Below, piece by piece: positions 22,345 to 35,593 of a stretch of DNA of 64,000 nucleotides. A model generated the notes under the pieces. The model was given only the letters and a program-made list of their open reading frames with translations, made no database searches and was not told the DNA's origin. Position numbers and translations under genes: made by a program. The stretch is from Pristiophorus japonicus. Lineage: Eukaryota. Each line of letters begins with the position of its first letter. Within the stretch, counting starts at the first letter, position 1. The stretch is from contig NC_091984.1 of NCBI RefSeq assembly GCF_044704955.1, positions 148,304,001 through 148,368,000 of the forward strand, written 5' to 3'.

Positions 22345-23610
22345 CTCATTTCTGACAAGTTATTTTGTTTAAATAGAGTTTGTCCATCAAGAAATAAAAG
22401 CTCTTAATTAATTCTACCATAAACAAGCTTGAAAAATGGGCATGTAAATAACAAACAATTTTCTGTATAGATAAGTGAGAGGTGGTGAAAAATGGTAGAA
22501 GGGATAAGGAACCTGCCAACCCTTGGAAAATAAGTCTAAATGATGTGGAGATGCAAAGAGATCTAGGGGTAGAGGTACACAAATCACTAAAAGTAGCAAT
22601 GGAGGGTAATAAGGCCACAACAGTGCAAATAAAGCAATAGATTCATTTCTAGTGGATTGGAATTCAAAAGCAGAGAAGTTATGTTAAACCTGTATCGAAC
22701 CTAGTCACAAGATTTAAGATCATAAGAACATAAGAAATAGGAGCAGGAGTAGGCCATACGGCCGCTCGAGCCTGCTCCGCTATTCAATACGATCATGGCT
22801 GATCCAATCATGGACTCAGGGCCACTTCCCTGCCCGCTCCCCATAACCCCTTATTCCCTTATCATTTAAGAAACTATTTCTGTCTTAAATCCATTCAATG
22901 ACCCGGCTTCCACAGCTCTCTGAGGCAGCAAAATCCACAGATGTACAATCTTCAGAGAAGAAATTCCTCCTCATCTCAGTTTTAAATGGGCGGCCCCCTA
23001 TTCTAAGATCATGCCTTCTAGTTCTAGTCTCCCCTAGTTCTAGTTCTAGTGGAAACATTCTCTCTGCATCCACCTTGTCAAACACCCTCATAACCTTATA
23101 CATTTCGATAAGATCACCTCTCATTCTTCTGAATTCCAATGAGTAGAGGCCCAACCTACTTAACCTTTCCTCATAAGTCAACCCCCTCATCTCCGGAATC
23201 AACCTCGTGAACCTTCTCTGAACTGCCTCCAAAGCAAGTATATCCTTTCGTAAATATGGAAACTAAAAATGCATGCAGTATTCCAGTTGTGGCCTCACCA
23301 ATACCCTGTAAAATTGTAGCAAGCCTTCCCTTCTTTTATACTCCATCCCCTTTGCAATAAAGGTCAATATTCCATTGGCCTTCCTGATCACTTGCTGTAC
23401 CTGCATACTATCTTTTTGTTTTTCATGCGCAAGTACCCCCAGTTCCTGCTGTACTGCAGCACTTTGCAATTTTTCTCCATTTAAATAATAATTTGCTCTT
23501 TGATTTTTTTCTGCCAAAGTGCATGACCTCACACTTTCCAACATTATACTCCATCTGCCAAATTTTTGCCCACTCACTTAGCCTGTCTATATCCTTTTGC
23601 AGATTTTTTG
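22345..23610. mobile_element. CR1 fragments (old + strand copy ~22345-22700; younger - strand copy ~22722-23610)
   Basis: WQMEYNVGKCEVMHFG, AVQRRFTRLIPEMRGL, RRMRGDLIE motifs. Confidence 0.85.
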
Positions 23611-24237
23611 AGATGGACTCGTGCCAATATGGCATAACTCTATGAGCCCAAATTTCCCCAGCCACCTAAAGCGGCGTAGTTAGGGGTGGGACGCTGACTT
23701 TTTGGGGCAAAAAAAGTGCCCAAACTGTACCTGTTAATTTGGCCGCTCCCTCGTCGTCCGGATCCATCAGCATGCTGCTGCAGAGACTGCGGGGGGGGGG
23801 GGGGGGGGCGGGGGGCGGAGTTTCAGCCGCATTTGCTCAGCGCAGCCAGCAGGGGGGCGGGGCTTGGGCCCAGCGACTTGTGGAGTTCCGGCAGGGGCTC
23901 ACATGTCTGTTTGAGCATGCGCGCATGCACAATGGGCGTTTCAGTGTGCGCGCATGCGCAATGGGCGGTTCAGCATGCGCGCATGCGCAATGGGCAGTTC
24001 AGCATGCTCACATGGGTGTTTCAGCGTGCGCGCATGTGCAGTGCCACAGGAAGCTTGGCAAGCGGCCAATAAAAGGGAGAGCATCCTCAGTATCATTGGT
24101 AATGGACCATATATAAAGGTAAGCTTTAAATAGTGATTTTTGTGTGGCTGAGGGAGTGGAAAAGAGCGCTGGATAGGTGTAAGAAAGGTGACAAGTGTGA
24201 TTTTTGAACATTACCTGAATGTGAGTCCAATACACGA

Positions 24238-25697
24238 ATGGCGCATGAGCGTGTAAGACGAACAAAGAATTTCCTCGATGAGGAAGTGGAGAAACCAGTG
24301 ACTGTTGTTGAGGAGAAATGGCTGGAGCTGGATATCAGCAAGAGTGGTCCGTCAAAAGTTTCACCCGAGGAAATAAGAAGAAGATGGAACTTAGTTGCAG
24401 ATGAATACTCCGCAGGGGTCAATACCGCAGGATCTGGAAGCCAGTGCAAGAAGAAATGGCAGGACGTTGGTCAAGTAGTGAGTGTAACGAATATCTTTAT
24501 CTTTAAATTGAATTGCAATTAAAAATGTGATCATCTGTATGTGTCCCACCCATCAGAAGCGCACCATGTCTGAAAATTAATATTTTCATCTTTGCAGAAG
24601 AAATTGGCCCACAACAAAAGGGAAAGACTTGGAACAGGAGGAGAGCTGCCAAATCTGCACCTACTGTCACCCCTGGAACAGAGGGTTGCTGCCTTGCTGA
24701 CTCGCACCGGCAGAAAAAGAATCAGCTCTGTACAAGCTGGACCCACACGCAAGGGTGAGGGTGAGTCATTAAAATGTATAGTCGCCCTTCAAAACAACCT
24801 GCTGACTGGCCTGCTACGCATCAGACTACTCATGCCACCCATCCTGCCCCCTCCTGTGCTGTTAACCATTTGACTGTTCTGATGTATTTTGCAGAAGAAG
24901 AAGACACTCATCAACATCCTGAAGAGCCACCAGAGGATCCAGAAACGTGCACGCCAGACCAAGGCGGGTGGGGGGAGGAGGGATCCATGGAAATGTGTCC
25001 ACGGGAGAATGCTGACCGCGATATGGATCAGGACATAGCACAGGGCATCACACTGCCAGAAACCTCCATGAGCTCCTCGGCAACATTCCATGGGTTCACA
25101 CCTTCCGAGGTCGCGGGTCCCAGTGGCGGTTGTCAAATGCATCTTGGGACACCCAGTCCCCCACCGTCCCAGCCTGTGTCCCACACTGGAGGGGTGCCAC
25201 TAGGCAGACCCACGGCGAGGGGAAGGAGAAACCGACCAGTCTCTCCTGAGATGCAGCCCTCAGCAGAGGTTGATCAGGTTGTTGCATTGGTTGAGGAGAC
25301 TAATGCCCTCACAAGATCACTTGTGGAGGCCGTCAGTGGGGTCCGTGATGAGATAGCGACACTGTCGGGTGAAATATCAGCACTGAGACGGGAAGTGAGG
25401 GCAGGCATTTCAGAGGGTATGCAGACGATGGCAGATGCCACGAGGGAGCTAGTTTCTGCAAAAATGCACAAAGGCCGGTTACTCAAATGCCACTCCCACT
25501 TCAATCCATGCACCAGCCACTGGTCAGACCCAAGCCGGGCTCCCAACCCCCACACCATCATCACCAACCCTATGAGGAAGTGCACTTTCCCTGAGATGTG
25601 GGTGAGGATTGGGTGCAGCCTTTCTTTGTTGTTGTTGTTGTTGTTGTCGTCGTTGAAGTGCACTGTAAAATATCCAATAAAAGATATTTTGCATTAA
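24238..25697 (+). CDS. Harbinger Myb/SANT-like DNA-binding protein, 3 exons (24238-24477 or 24483; 24598-24760; 24895-25697)
   Basis: RTKNF.DEE..W..V.....QCKKKWQD, then KKLAHNKRER.GTGG; GT-AG junctions are phase-compatible (0 then 1); acidic and coiled-coil exon 3. Confidence 0.7.
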
Positions 25698-25812
25698 AAC
25701 TGAATCATGCTCCATTAGGACCACGCAACATTTAGGGACAACTGTAAAAATTAAAAATCCCTCACCACTACAATCATGCCTGCCTGCCCCCGCTAGCCGT
25801 GGCGGGAGGGCT

Positions 25813-26482
25813 AGAAACATAGAAACATAGAAAATAGGTGCAGGAGTAGGCCATTCGGCTCTTCGAGCCTGCACCAACATTCAATATGATCATGGCTGAT
25901 CATGCACTTCAGTACCCCATTCCTGCTTTCTCTCCATGCCCCTTGATCCCTTTAGCCGTAAGGGCCACATCTAACTCCCTTTTGAATATAACTAACGCAC
26001 TGGCCTCAACAGCTTTCTGTGGTAGAGAATTCCACATGCTCACAACTCTCTGAGTGAAGAAGTTTCTCCTCATCTTGGTCCTAAATGGCTTACACCTTAT
26101 CCTTAGACTGTGACCCCGGTTCTGGACTTCCACAATATCGGGAACATTCTTCCTGCATCTAACCTGTCCAATCCCCTCAGAATTTTATATGTTTCTATGA
26201 GATCCCCTCTCAATCTTCTAAATTCCATTGAATATAATCCTAATCGATCCAGTCTTTCTTCATATGTCAGTCCTGTCATCCTGGGAATCAGTCTGGTTAA
26301 CCTTTGCTGCACTCCCTCAATAGCAAGAATGTCCTTTCTCAGATTAGGAGACCAAAACTATACACAATGTTAAAGGTGTGGCCTCACCAAGGCCCTGTAC
26401 AACTGTAGTAAGACATCCCTGCTCCTATACTCAAATCTTCTCGCTATGAATGCCAACATGCCATTTGCCTTCTTCACCACCT
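25813..26482 (-). mobile_element. CR1 LINE 3' fragment
   Basis: (AGAAACAT)n tail; EERLDRLGLYSMEFRRLRGDLIETYKI. Confidence 0.9.
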
Positions 26483-27104
26483 AGCTGGTGCATTCTGCAG
26501 TCGGCAAGGTAGGACTGCTCTATTTTCAGTAGCTGATTTATCTTTCATTTATTTTTGATGATGTTGTGCAGCTGTTGTGCTGAATATTTAGTGATGTTGT
26601 GCTGATTTTGTGAAGGTTTTTAGTGCTTTAGAATCCTCTAACTCACCTCTCCCCCCACCCTCCGCCCCCACTATCTCTGGCTACCTGCGCTGATTTCTTA
26701 AATGTAGGTAAGGGTTTTCTGTGCCTACAAAAGTGGCCACATATACTGGCCGACGTTAGTTTGGAGTAACTTTCAGCTGGCCAAATTTGCTTCGAGGGCC
26801 AGAAGAGGCATAAGTGGCTTGTCACGCCCCCTTTAGGAGAAAACAAACTAAACGAGAAAAAAAACTAAGTAACTAACTTACACTGGAGCAAGTTAAATGG
26901 GGAAATTTGTGATTTTTAAGTTACTCCAAAAAAAGCTACTTGAAAAAAAACGGGCCCCAAATGTGTGTTTAAGTGGTTGCTGCTGCTGTCGTTCTTGTAA
27001 AAGTTGTTGTAAATATTTTGATTGTAAACATTGCCTGCCAGTGAGAATTTTGTGCTAAAAGGAGTTTCTGGTCCACTCAGTACAAAAGCACAAAGAGAAC
27101 ATTG

Positions 27105-30100
27105 GTGGGGAAGGCCTGAGGATATTCTGTGGGATGGAGCGTCTGAGGGTATTGGGTGGGGGTGGGTCTGAGGGTATTGGGTGGGGTGGAGGGTCTGAGG
27201 ATATTGGGTGGGTGGGAGGGGTCTGAGGATATTGGGTGGGGTGGGGAGCGTCTGAGGATATTGAGTGGATGGGAGGAGTCTGAGGGTATTGGGTGGGGTG
27301 GGGGGGTCTGAGGGTATTGTGTGGGGTGGGGGAGGTCTGAGGATATTGGGTGGGGTGGCGGAGGTCTGAGGATATTGGGTGGGTGGGAGGGGTCTGAGGG
27401 TATTGGGTGGGGTGGGGGAGGTCTGAGGATATTGGGTGGGTGGGAGGGGTCTGAGGGTATTGGGTGGGGTGGGGGAGGTCTGAGGGTATTGGGTGGGTGG
27501 GAGGGGTCTGAGGATATTGGGTGGGGTGGGGGAGGTCTGAGGATATTGGGTGGGTGGGAGGGGTTTGAGGGTATTGGGTGGGGTGGGGGGGTCTGAGGGT
27601 ATTGTGTGGGGTGGGGGAGGTCTGAGGATATTGGGTGGACTGAGGGGGTCTGAGGGTATTGGTGGGGAAGGTCTGAGGGTATTGGGTAGGGGTGTCTGAG
27701 GATATTGGGTATGGTGAGGAGGTATGAGGTTATTGGTGCAGTGGGGGGGAGGGGTGTCTGAGGGTATTGGGTGGGGTGGGGGGGTCTGAGGGTATTGGGT
27801 GAGGTGGAGAAGGTCTGAGGGTATTGGGTGGGATGTAGAAGGTCTGAGGGTATTGGGTGGGGTGTGGAGGGTCTGAGGGTATTGGGTGGGTGGGAAGGGT
27901 CTGAGGGTATTGGGTGGGGTGTGGAGGGTCTGAGGGTATTGGGTGGGGTGTGGAGGGTCTGAGGGTATTGGTGGGGAAGGTCTGAGGGTATTGGGTGGGG
28001 TGGAGAAGGTCTGAGGGTATTGGGTGAGGTGTGGAGGGTCTGAGGGTATTGAGTGGGGTGTGAGGGATGAGGGTATTGGGTGGGGTGTGGAGGGTCTGAG
28101 GGTATTGAGTGGGGTGTGGAGGGTCTGAGGGTATTGGGTGGGGTGTGGAGGGTCTGAGGGTATTGGGTGGGGTGTAGAAGGTCTGAGGGTATTGGGTGGG
28201 GTGGAGAAGGTCTGAGGATATTGGGAATGGTGAGGAGGTCTGAGGTTATTGGTGCAGTGGGGGGGAGGGGTGTCTGAGGGTATTGGGTGGGGTGGGGGGT
28301 TCTGAGGGTATTGGGTGGGATGTGGAGGTCTGAGAGTATTGGGTGGGAAGGGAAAGGTCTGAGGGTATTGGGTGGGGGGTGGAGGGTCTGAGGGTATTGG
28401 GTGGTGTATGGAGGGTCTGAGGATATTGGGTGGGGTGGAGAAGGTGTGAGGGTATTGGGTGGTGTGTGGAGGGTCTGAGGGTATTGGGTGGGTGGGAAGG
28501 GTCTTAGGGTATTGGGTGGGGTGTGGAGGGTCTGAGGGTATTGGGTGGGTGGGAAGGGTCTGAGGGTATTGGGTGGGGTGTGGAGGGTCTGAGGGTATTG
28601 GGTGGGGTGTGGAGGGTCTGAGGGTATTGGGTGGGGTGTGGAGGGTCTGAGGGTATTGGTGGGGAAGGTCTGAGGGTATTGGGTGGGGTGTGGAGGGTCT
28701 GAGGGTATTGGGTGGGGTGTGGAGGGTCTGAGGGTATTGGGTGGGGTGTGGAGGGTCTGAGGGTATTGAGTGGGTTGTGGAGGGTCTGAGGGTATTGGGT
28801 GGGGTGTGGAGGGTCTGAGGGTATTGAGTGGGGTGTGGAGGGTCTAAGGGTATTGGGTGGGGTGCGGAGTGTCAGAGGGTATTGGATGCGGTGTGGAGGG
28901 TCTGAGGGTATTGGGTGGGGTGGAGAAGGTCTGAGGGTATTGTGTGGGGGGTGGAGGGTCTGAGGGTATTGGGTGGTGTATGGAGGGTCTGAGGATATTG
29001 GGTGGGGTGGAGAAGGTGTGAGGGTATTGGGTGGTGTGTGGAGGGTCTGAGGGTATTGGGTGGGTGGGAAGGGTCTGAGGGTATTGGGTGGGGTGTGGAG
29101 GGTCTGAGGGTATTGGGTGGGTGGGAAGGGTCTGAGGGTATTGGGTGGGGTGTGGAGGGTCTGAGGGTATTGGGTGGGGTGTGGAGGGTCTGAGGGTATT
29201 GGGTGGGTTGTGGAGGGTCTGAGGGTATTGGGTGGGGTGTGGAGGGTCTGAGGGTATTGAGTGGGTTGTGGAGGGTCTGAGGGTATTGGGTGGGGTGTGG
29301 AGGGTCTGAGGGTATTGAGTGGGGTGTGGAGGGTCTGAGGGTATTGGGTGGGGTGTGGAGTGTCAGAGGGTATTGGGTGGGGTGTGGAGGGTCTGAGGGT
29401 ATTGGGTGGGGTGGAGAAGGTCTGAGGGTATTGTGTGGAGTGTGGAGGGTCTGAGGGTATTGAGTGGGGTGTGGAGGGTCTGAGGGTATTGGGTGGGGTG
29501 TGGAGTGTCTGAGGGTATTGGGTGGGGTGTGGAGGGTCGGAGGGTATTGGGTGGGGTGAAGGGTCTGAGGTATTGGGTGGGGTGTGGAGGGTCTGAGGGT
29601 ATTGAGTGGGGTGTGGAGGGTCTGAGGGTATTGGGTGGGGTGGAGAAGGTCTGAGGGTATTGGGTGGGGTGTGGAGGGTCTGAGGGTATTGAGTGGGGTG
29701 TGGAGGGTCTGAGGGTATTGGGTGGGGTATAGAGGGTCTGAGGGTATTGGGTGGGGTGTGGAGGGTCTGAGGGTATTGAGTGGGGTGTGGAGGTCTGAGG
29801 GTATTGGGTGGGGTGTAGAGGGTCTGAGGGTATTGGGTGGGGTGTGGAGGGTCTGAGGGTATTGAGTGGGGTGAGGAGGGTCTGAGGGTATTGGGTGGGG
29901 TGTGGAGGGTCTGAGGGTATTGGGTGGGGTGGAGAAGGTCTGAGGGTATTGGGTGGGGTATGGAGGGTCTGAGGGTATTGGGTGGGTGGAGAAGGTCTGA
30001 GGGTATTGGGTGGGGTATGGAGGGTCTGAGGGTATTGGGTGGGGTGGAGAAGGTCTGAGGGTATTGGGTGGGGTATGGAGGGTCTGAGGGTATTGGGTGG

Positions 30101-32195
30101 GTGGAGAAGGTCTGAGGGTATTGGGTGGGGTATGGAGGGTCTGAGGGTATTGGGTGTGGTGTGGAGGGTCTGAGGGTATTGGGTGGGGTGTGGAGGGTCT
30201 GAGGGTATTGGGTGGGGTGTGGAGGGTCTGAGGGTATTGGGTGGAATGTGGAGGGTCTGAGGGTATTGGGTGGGGTGTTGAGGGTCTGAGGGTATAGAGT
30301 GGGGTGTGGAGGGTCTGAGGGTATTGGGTGGGGTGTGAAGGGTCTGATGGTATTGGGTGGGGTGGAGAAGGTCTGAGGGTATTGGGTGGGGTGGAGAAGG
30401 TCTGAGGGTATTGGGTGGGGTATGGAGGGTCTGAGGGTATTGGGTGGGTGGAGAAGGTCTAAGGGTATTGGGTGGGGTATGGAGCGTCTGAGGGTATTGG
30501 GTGTGGTGTGGAGGGTCTGAGGGTATTGGGTGGGGTGTGGAGGGTCTGAGGGTATTGGGTGGGTGGGAAGGGTCTGAGGGTATTGGGTGGGGTGTGGAGG
30601 GTCTGAGGGTATTGGGTGGGGTGTGGAGGATCTGAGGGTATTGGGTGGGGTGTGGAGGGTCTGAGGGTATTGGTGGGGAAGGTCTGAGGGTATTGGGTGG
30701 GGTGTGGAGGGTCTGAGGGTATTGGGTGGGTTGTGGAGGGTCTGAGGGTATTGGGTGGGGTGTGGAGGGTCTGAGGGTATTGAGTGGGTTGTGGAGGGTC
30801 TGAGGGTATTGGGTGGGGTGTGGAGGGTCTGAGGGTATTGAGTGGGGTGTGGAGGGTCTGAGGGTATTGGGTGGGGTGTGGAGTGTCAGAGGATATTGGG
30901 TGGGGTGGAGAATGTCTGAGGGTATTGTGTGGGGTGTGGAGGGTCTGAGGGTATTGTGTGGGGTGTGGAGGGTCTGAGGGTATTGGGTGGGGTGTGGAGG
31001 GTCTGAGGGTATTGTGTGGGGTGTGGAGGGTCTGAGGGTATTGGTTGGGGTGGAGAAGGTCTGAGGGTATTGTGTGGGGTGTGGAGGGTCTGAGGGTATT
31101 GAGTGGGGTGTGGAGGGTCTGAGGTTATTGGGTGGGGTGTGGAGGGTCTGAGGGTATTGGATGGGGTGTGGAGGGTCTGAGGGTATTGAGTGGGGTGTGG
31201 AGGGTCTGAGGGTATTGAGTGGGGTGTGGAGGGTCTGAGGGTATTGGGTGGGGTGGAGAAGGTCTGAGGGTATTGGGTGGGGTGGAGAAGGTCTGAGGGT
31301 ATTGGGTGGGGTATGGAGGGTCTGAGGGTATTGGGTGTGGTGTGGAGGGTCTGAGGGTATTGGGTGGGTGGAGAAGGTCTGAGGGTATTGGGTGGGGTAT
31401 GGAGGGTCTGAGGGTATTGGGTGTGGTGTGGAGGGTCTGAGGGTATTGGGTGGGGTGTGGAGGGTGTGAGGGTATTGGTGGGGGGGTCTGAGGGTATTGG
31501 GTGGGGTGTGGAGGGTCTGAGGGTATTGGGTGGGGTGTGGAGGGTCTGAGGGTATTGGGTGGGGTGTGGAGGGTGTGAGGGTATTGGTGGGGGGGTCTGA
31601 GGGTATTGGGTGGGGTGTGGAGGGTCTGAGGGTATTGGGTGGGGTGTGGAGGGCCTGAGGGTATTGGGTGGGGTGTGGAGGGTCCGAGGGTATTGAGTGG
31701 GGTGTGGAGGGTCTGAGGGTATTGGGTAGGAAGGGAAGGGTCTGAGGGTATTGGGTGGGGTGGAGAAGGTCTGAGGGTATTGAGTGGGGTGTGGAGGGTC
31801 TGAGGGTATTGAGTGGGGTGTGGAGGGTCTGAGGGTATTGGGTGGGGTGTGGAGGGTCTGAGGGTATTGAGTGGGGTGTGGAGGGTCTGAGGGTATTGAT
31901 TGGGGTGTGGAGGGTCTGAGGGTATTGGGTGGGGTGTGGAGGGTCTGAGGGTATTGGGTGGGGTGTGGAAGGTCTGAGGGTATTGAGTGTGGTGTGGAGG
32001 GTCTGAGGGTCTTGGGTGGGGTGTGGAGGGTCTGAGGGTATTGAGTGGGGTGTGGAGAAGGTCTGAGGGTATTGAGTGGGGTGTGGAGGGTCTGAGGGTA
32101 TTGAGTGGGGTGTGGAGGGTCTGAGGGTATTGGGTGGGGTGTGGAGGGTCTGAGGGTATTGGGTGGGGTGTGGAGGTTCTGAGGGTATTGGGTGC
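27105..32195 (+). repeat. ~5.1-kb G-rich 29-bp tandem array (~175 units)
   Basis: Unit GAGGGTCTGAGGGTATTGGGTGGGGTGTG; period 29 measured at 28561/28590. Confidence 0.97.
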
Positions 32196-32499
32196 ATATT
32201 TATATATGGAAAGAACAAAGTGAGGCTCATGTAAAGTGGGCAGCGATTGTGTTAGTTGAAATAAATAATATCTTCACCAGCTTTACCGAATAGCAGCAGT
32301 CCAAAGTGACAAGCCAATAGTTTACTCAGCAATAAAACCTCTGACTTTCTGGTAAAGTTCCAAAACCTCACACAGTTGTAGATGGCTGCCTTTATTTATT
32401 AATTATTATTGGTATTTTACTCAATAAACTGCTGCTTTGCTTCAAATATTGAAGAACTATTTCACTGAACGACATCTCACAATAGACGTTAGGAAACAT

Positions 32500-35040
32500 G
32501 CAGACTGTGCAGTAATGTGAACTTTAATATAATGAATGCAAGGTGATACACTTTGGAAGGAATCTAGATATATCCAGAAATATCACGGTTGATGTGTATC
32601 AGAACTTTCGAAAGGCGTTTGACAAGCTGCCACTTATTGACTTGTTGATGAAATTCTAAACCATGGGATTAATGGGACAGGACAGCATGGACATGACATT
32701 GGCTGAGAGACAGAGAACAGAGAGTATTGGTGATTGGTTCTTGCTCAGACTGGAGGCAGCTATACTACTGTCTATCCCAGGGCTCGGCATTAGGAGTACT
32801 GCTCTTTTTGATATATGAACTAGAGTTGGGTGTACACGGCATCATTTTATCGTTTGTAGATGATACGAGACGAGGAAATGTAGCACACAATGGGGACCAG
32901 TGTAATAGACTTCAGGAGGAATAGACTGGTGAACATTAGATATTATGAAATAGGAGCAGGATTAGGCCGTTCGGCCCTTCGCGCCTGCTCCGCTATTCAC
33001 CAAATTCCTGGCTGATCATCGGTAAAAAGGACAATCATTTAACACCTTCTAACTGACGCTCATTCCTGCATATAAAGTTATCTCTTACTCTGTTAACTGC
33101 TATATGTTTTTCATTAACCGAATCAAATATTAGTGGAGCCTTAAACAGGCCCTAAATCCCCAGCAAATGTGGCTGGGTCTTGAAGCTCACGAAATGTATT
33201 CAGGCTGGAGGGCCTGAGAGCTTCAGAGAAGTCCCTGACCTGATCCTACACTTCCCCGATGGCATTCCAGTCCAAATCGTTAACCTTCGCTTAAAATATC
33301 ACCTTAACTCTGATTAAAGTTCACACAGAGAATTGTGAAGTGAGGTATTTTGGCAGGAAGAATGAACTAAATGCTACAATGTTAAAGGGAGAGCAGCAAC
33401 AGGGAGACCTAGACGTGTATGCACATTAATCTTTAATGGTTGCAGGACAAAATGAGAAGGCTAGTAAAAGGGCATACTGGATCCTTGGTTTTATTATTAG
33501 AGCAATACAGCACAACATCAAGGAAGTTATGTTAACATTTTATAACACACTGGTTAGGCTTCAGCTAGGGTCCTGTTCAGTTCTGGGCTCCGCACTCGAG
33601 GGAGCGTGGCAAGGCTTTGGAGCGTGTACAGAATAGATTTTCTCGAATGTTCCAGGGATGAGGGACCTCAGTTACATGGAGAGACTGGAGAAGCTGGGGT
33701 CGTTCTCCTTAGAGCAGAGAAGGTTAAGAGGAGATTGATAGCAGTGATCAAGATTCTAAATAAATTGAATAAAGTAATAAAGGAGCAACTGTCCCCACTG
33801 AGAGATGGTTCGGTTCTCAGAGGACGCAGATTTAATGTGATTGGCAAAAGAACCAACAGAGACTTGAGGAAACATTTTTTTTAAAGAGCGAGTTGTTATG
33901 ATCTGGAACGCGCTGCCTGAAAGGGCGGTGGAAGCAGATTCAATAGTAACTTTCAAAAGGGAATTTGCCAAAAATAATTGATGTAAATAAAATACAGGGG
34001 AAGGAGCCAAGGGTGGGATTAATTGGATGACTCGAGCAAACAGCCAACACAGGCTAGATGGGCCGAATGGCCTCCTTCTGTGCTGTACCATTCTATGATT
34101 CCAGGATCACTTACACCATTGAAAATAAGAAACTGAATGTGGCAGAAGAGTAAAGTGAACTTGGGATACGGATGAACAAACCATTAAAAGCTGCATCGCA
34201 GGCCATCAATGCAATTGAAACCAAACAATGAACTATGGTTTCTTTCTAAGCCAATATCATTCAAAAGCAGTGAAGCTGGTAAAGGTGGAAACTGGTGTTC
34301 CCCAAGGATTGGTGCTGGGACCATTTACATAACCAATTCGCACTCGGGAATCGGGAGCACAATGTCAAACTTTGTGTATGCCCCCACAATGGGGGGTTAT
34401 AGTTAACACTGAGGAGGACTGTGACAACAAACTGAGACAATAATAAACTTGCAGGATGGGCATGCAATTGGCAAATGAACTTCAATTTAGGGAACTGTGA
34501 GGTGGTACATTTTAATGGGAATAATACGGATGTGACATTCTCCTTGGAAGATAAGTGTTTAAACGGGAGTGGGGAACAGAGGGATGTGAAGGTAGAGTTA
34601 CACAAATCACTAAATGTAGCGATGAAGGTTCATCAGGCCATAAAAACAAAGAAAGCACTTGGGTTCATGGTGAGAGGGATAGAATTGTAAAACATTGAAG
34701 TTATGTTAAACTTGGATGGAACCTTCTTTTGACCACACTTGGAATACTGCAAACGTTTCTGGTGGCCATCTTATAAAAAGGACATGGAGACGCTGCAGAA
34801 GGTGCAAAGTGGATTTACCGGAATTATGCCAGAACTGAGATCAGGAAGGATTGAACAGACCCGAGGCTCTCTTCTTTAGCAAAGAGAAGACGGAGGGATA
34901 ATTAGTTAGAGTCCTTTAAGAATATGAAAAGGTTTGATAGGGTAAAGGGAGAGAAGATGTCTCCACTTGCAGGAGAGACCAGAACTTAACCAAATAGATT
35001 TAAGACAGTCATTAATAAATCCAATAGGGAATTCAGGAAA
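32500..35040 (+). mobile_element. Old, highly degenerate CR1 fragments
   Basis: QGSALGVLLFLIY..FVDDT, MNFNLGNCEVVHF and CR1 tail motifs. Confidence 0.7.
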
Positions 35041-35044
35041 CATT

Positions 35045-35435
35045 GACACCGAGGCCCCTAAGTAGGTTTTAGGCAAGAAGCTTGGTCAAATAGGTAATTT
35101 TTAAGGAGCATCTTAAAGGAGGAGGAGAGCTCGAGAGGTATGGAGGTTTAGGGAGGGAGTCCCAGAGCTTGGGGCCCAGGCAGCCGAAAGCTCGGCTGCC
35201 AATGGTGGAGTAGTTAACATTGGGGGATGTGAAAGATGCCAGGTTTAGAGAAACACAGAGAGCTCACAAAGTTACAGAGCTGGTGGACCTGATAGAGGCC
35301 ATGAAGAGATTTGTAAACAAGGATGATGATATTAAAATTGAGGCATTGTTGGACAGGGAGCAAATGTAGGTCAGCGAGCACAGGTGTAATGGGGTATTGG
35401 GATCTGCTGTGAGTTAGGACATGGGCAGCCATTAT
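35045..35435 (-). mobile_element. L2 LINE 3' fragment
   Basis: PITPVLADLHLLPVQQ..FNIIILVYKSLHG. Confidence 0.7.
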
Positions 35436-35593
35436 CAGATCACCAGCCATTCCTGGTGTAATTCAGTGGATGGAAGTCTGGGGAGAAATATTACATTCCT
35501 CGACTGGAAACACTGGCACCCGCCTCTGGGCTGTGCTCAGTTATTCTGTTTATTCATTAATTGTATCATTGAGGGTAATCTAATATTTCACCG

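Larger units (their letters stand above)
23644..26958 (+). mobile_element. PIF/Harbinger transposon, non-autonomous (Myb/SANT gene kept, transposase not found), with nested CR1
   Basis: Left end G(A)GCCCAAATTTCCCC; right end ..GGGCCC; internal Myb/SANT gene. Confidence 0.72.

Noticed and set aside
29363-32230. 955-aa P/T/H-rich ORF
   Set aside because: Translation of the C-rich strand of the 29-bp array, which rarely forms stop codons; no evidence for a gene.
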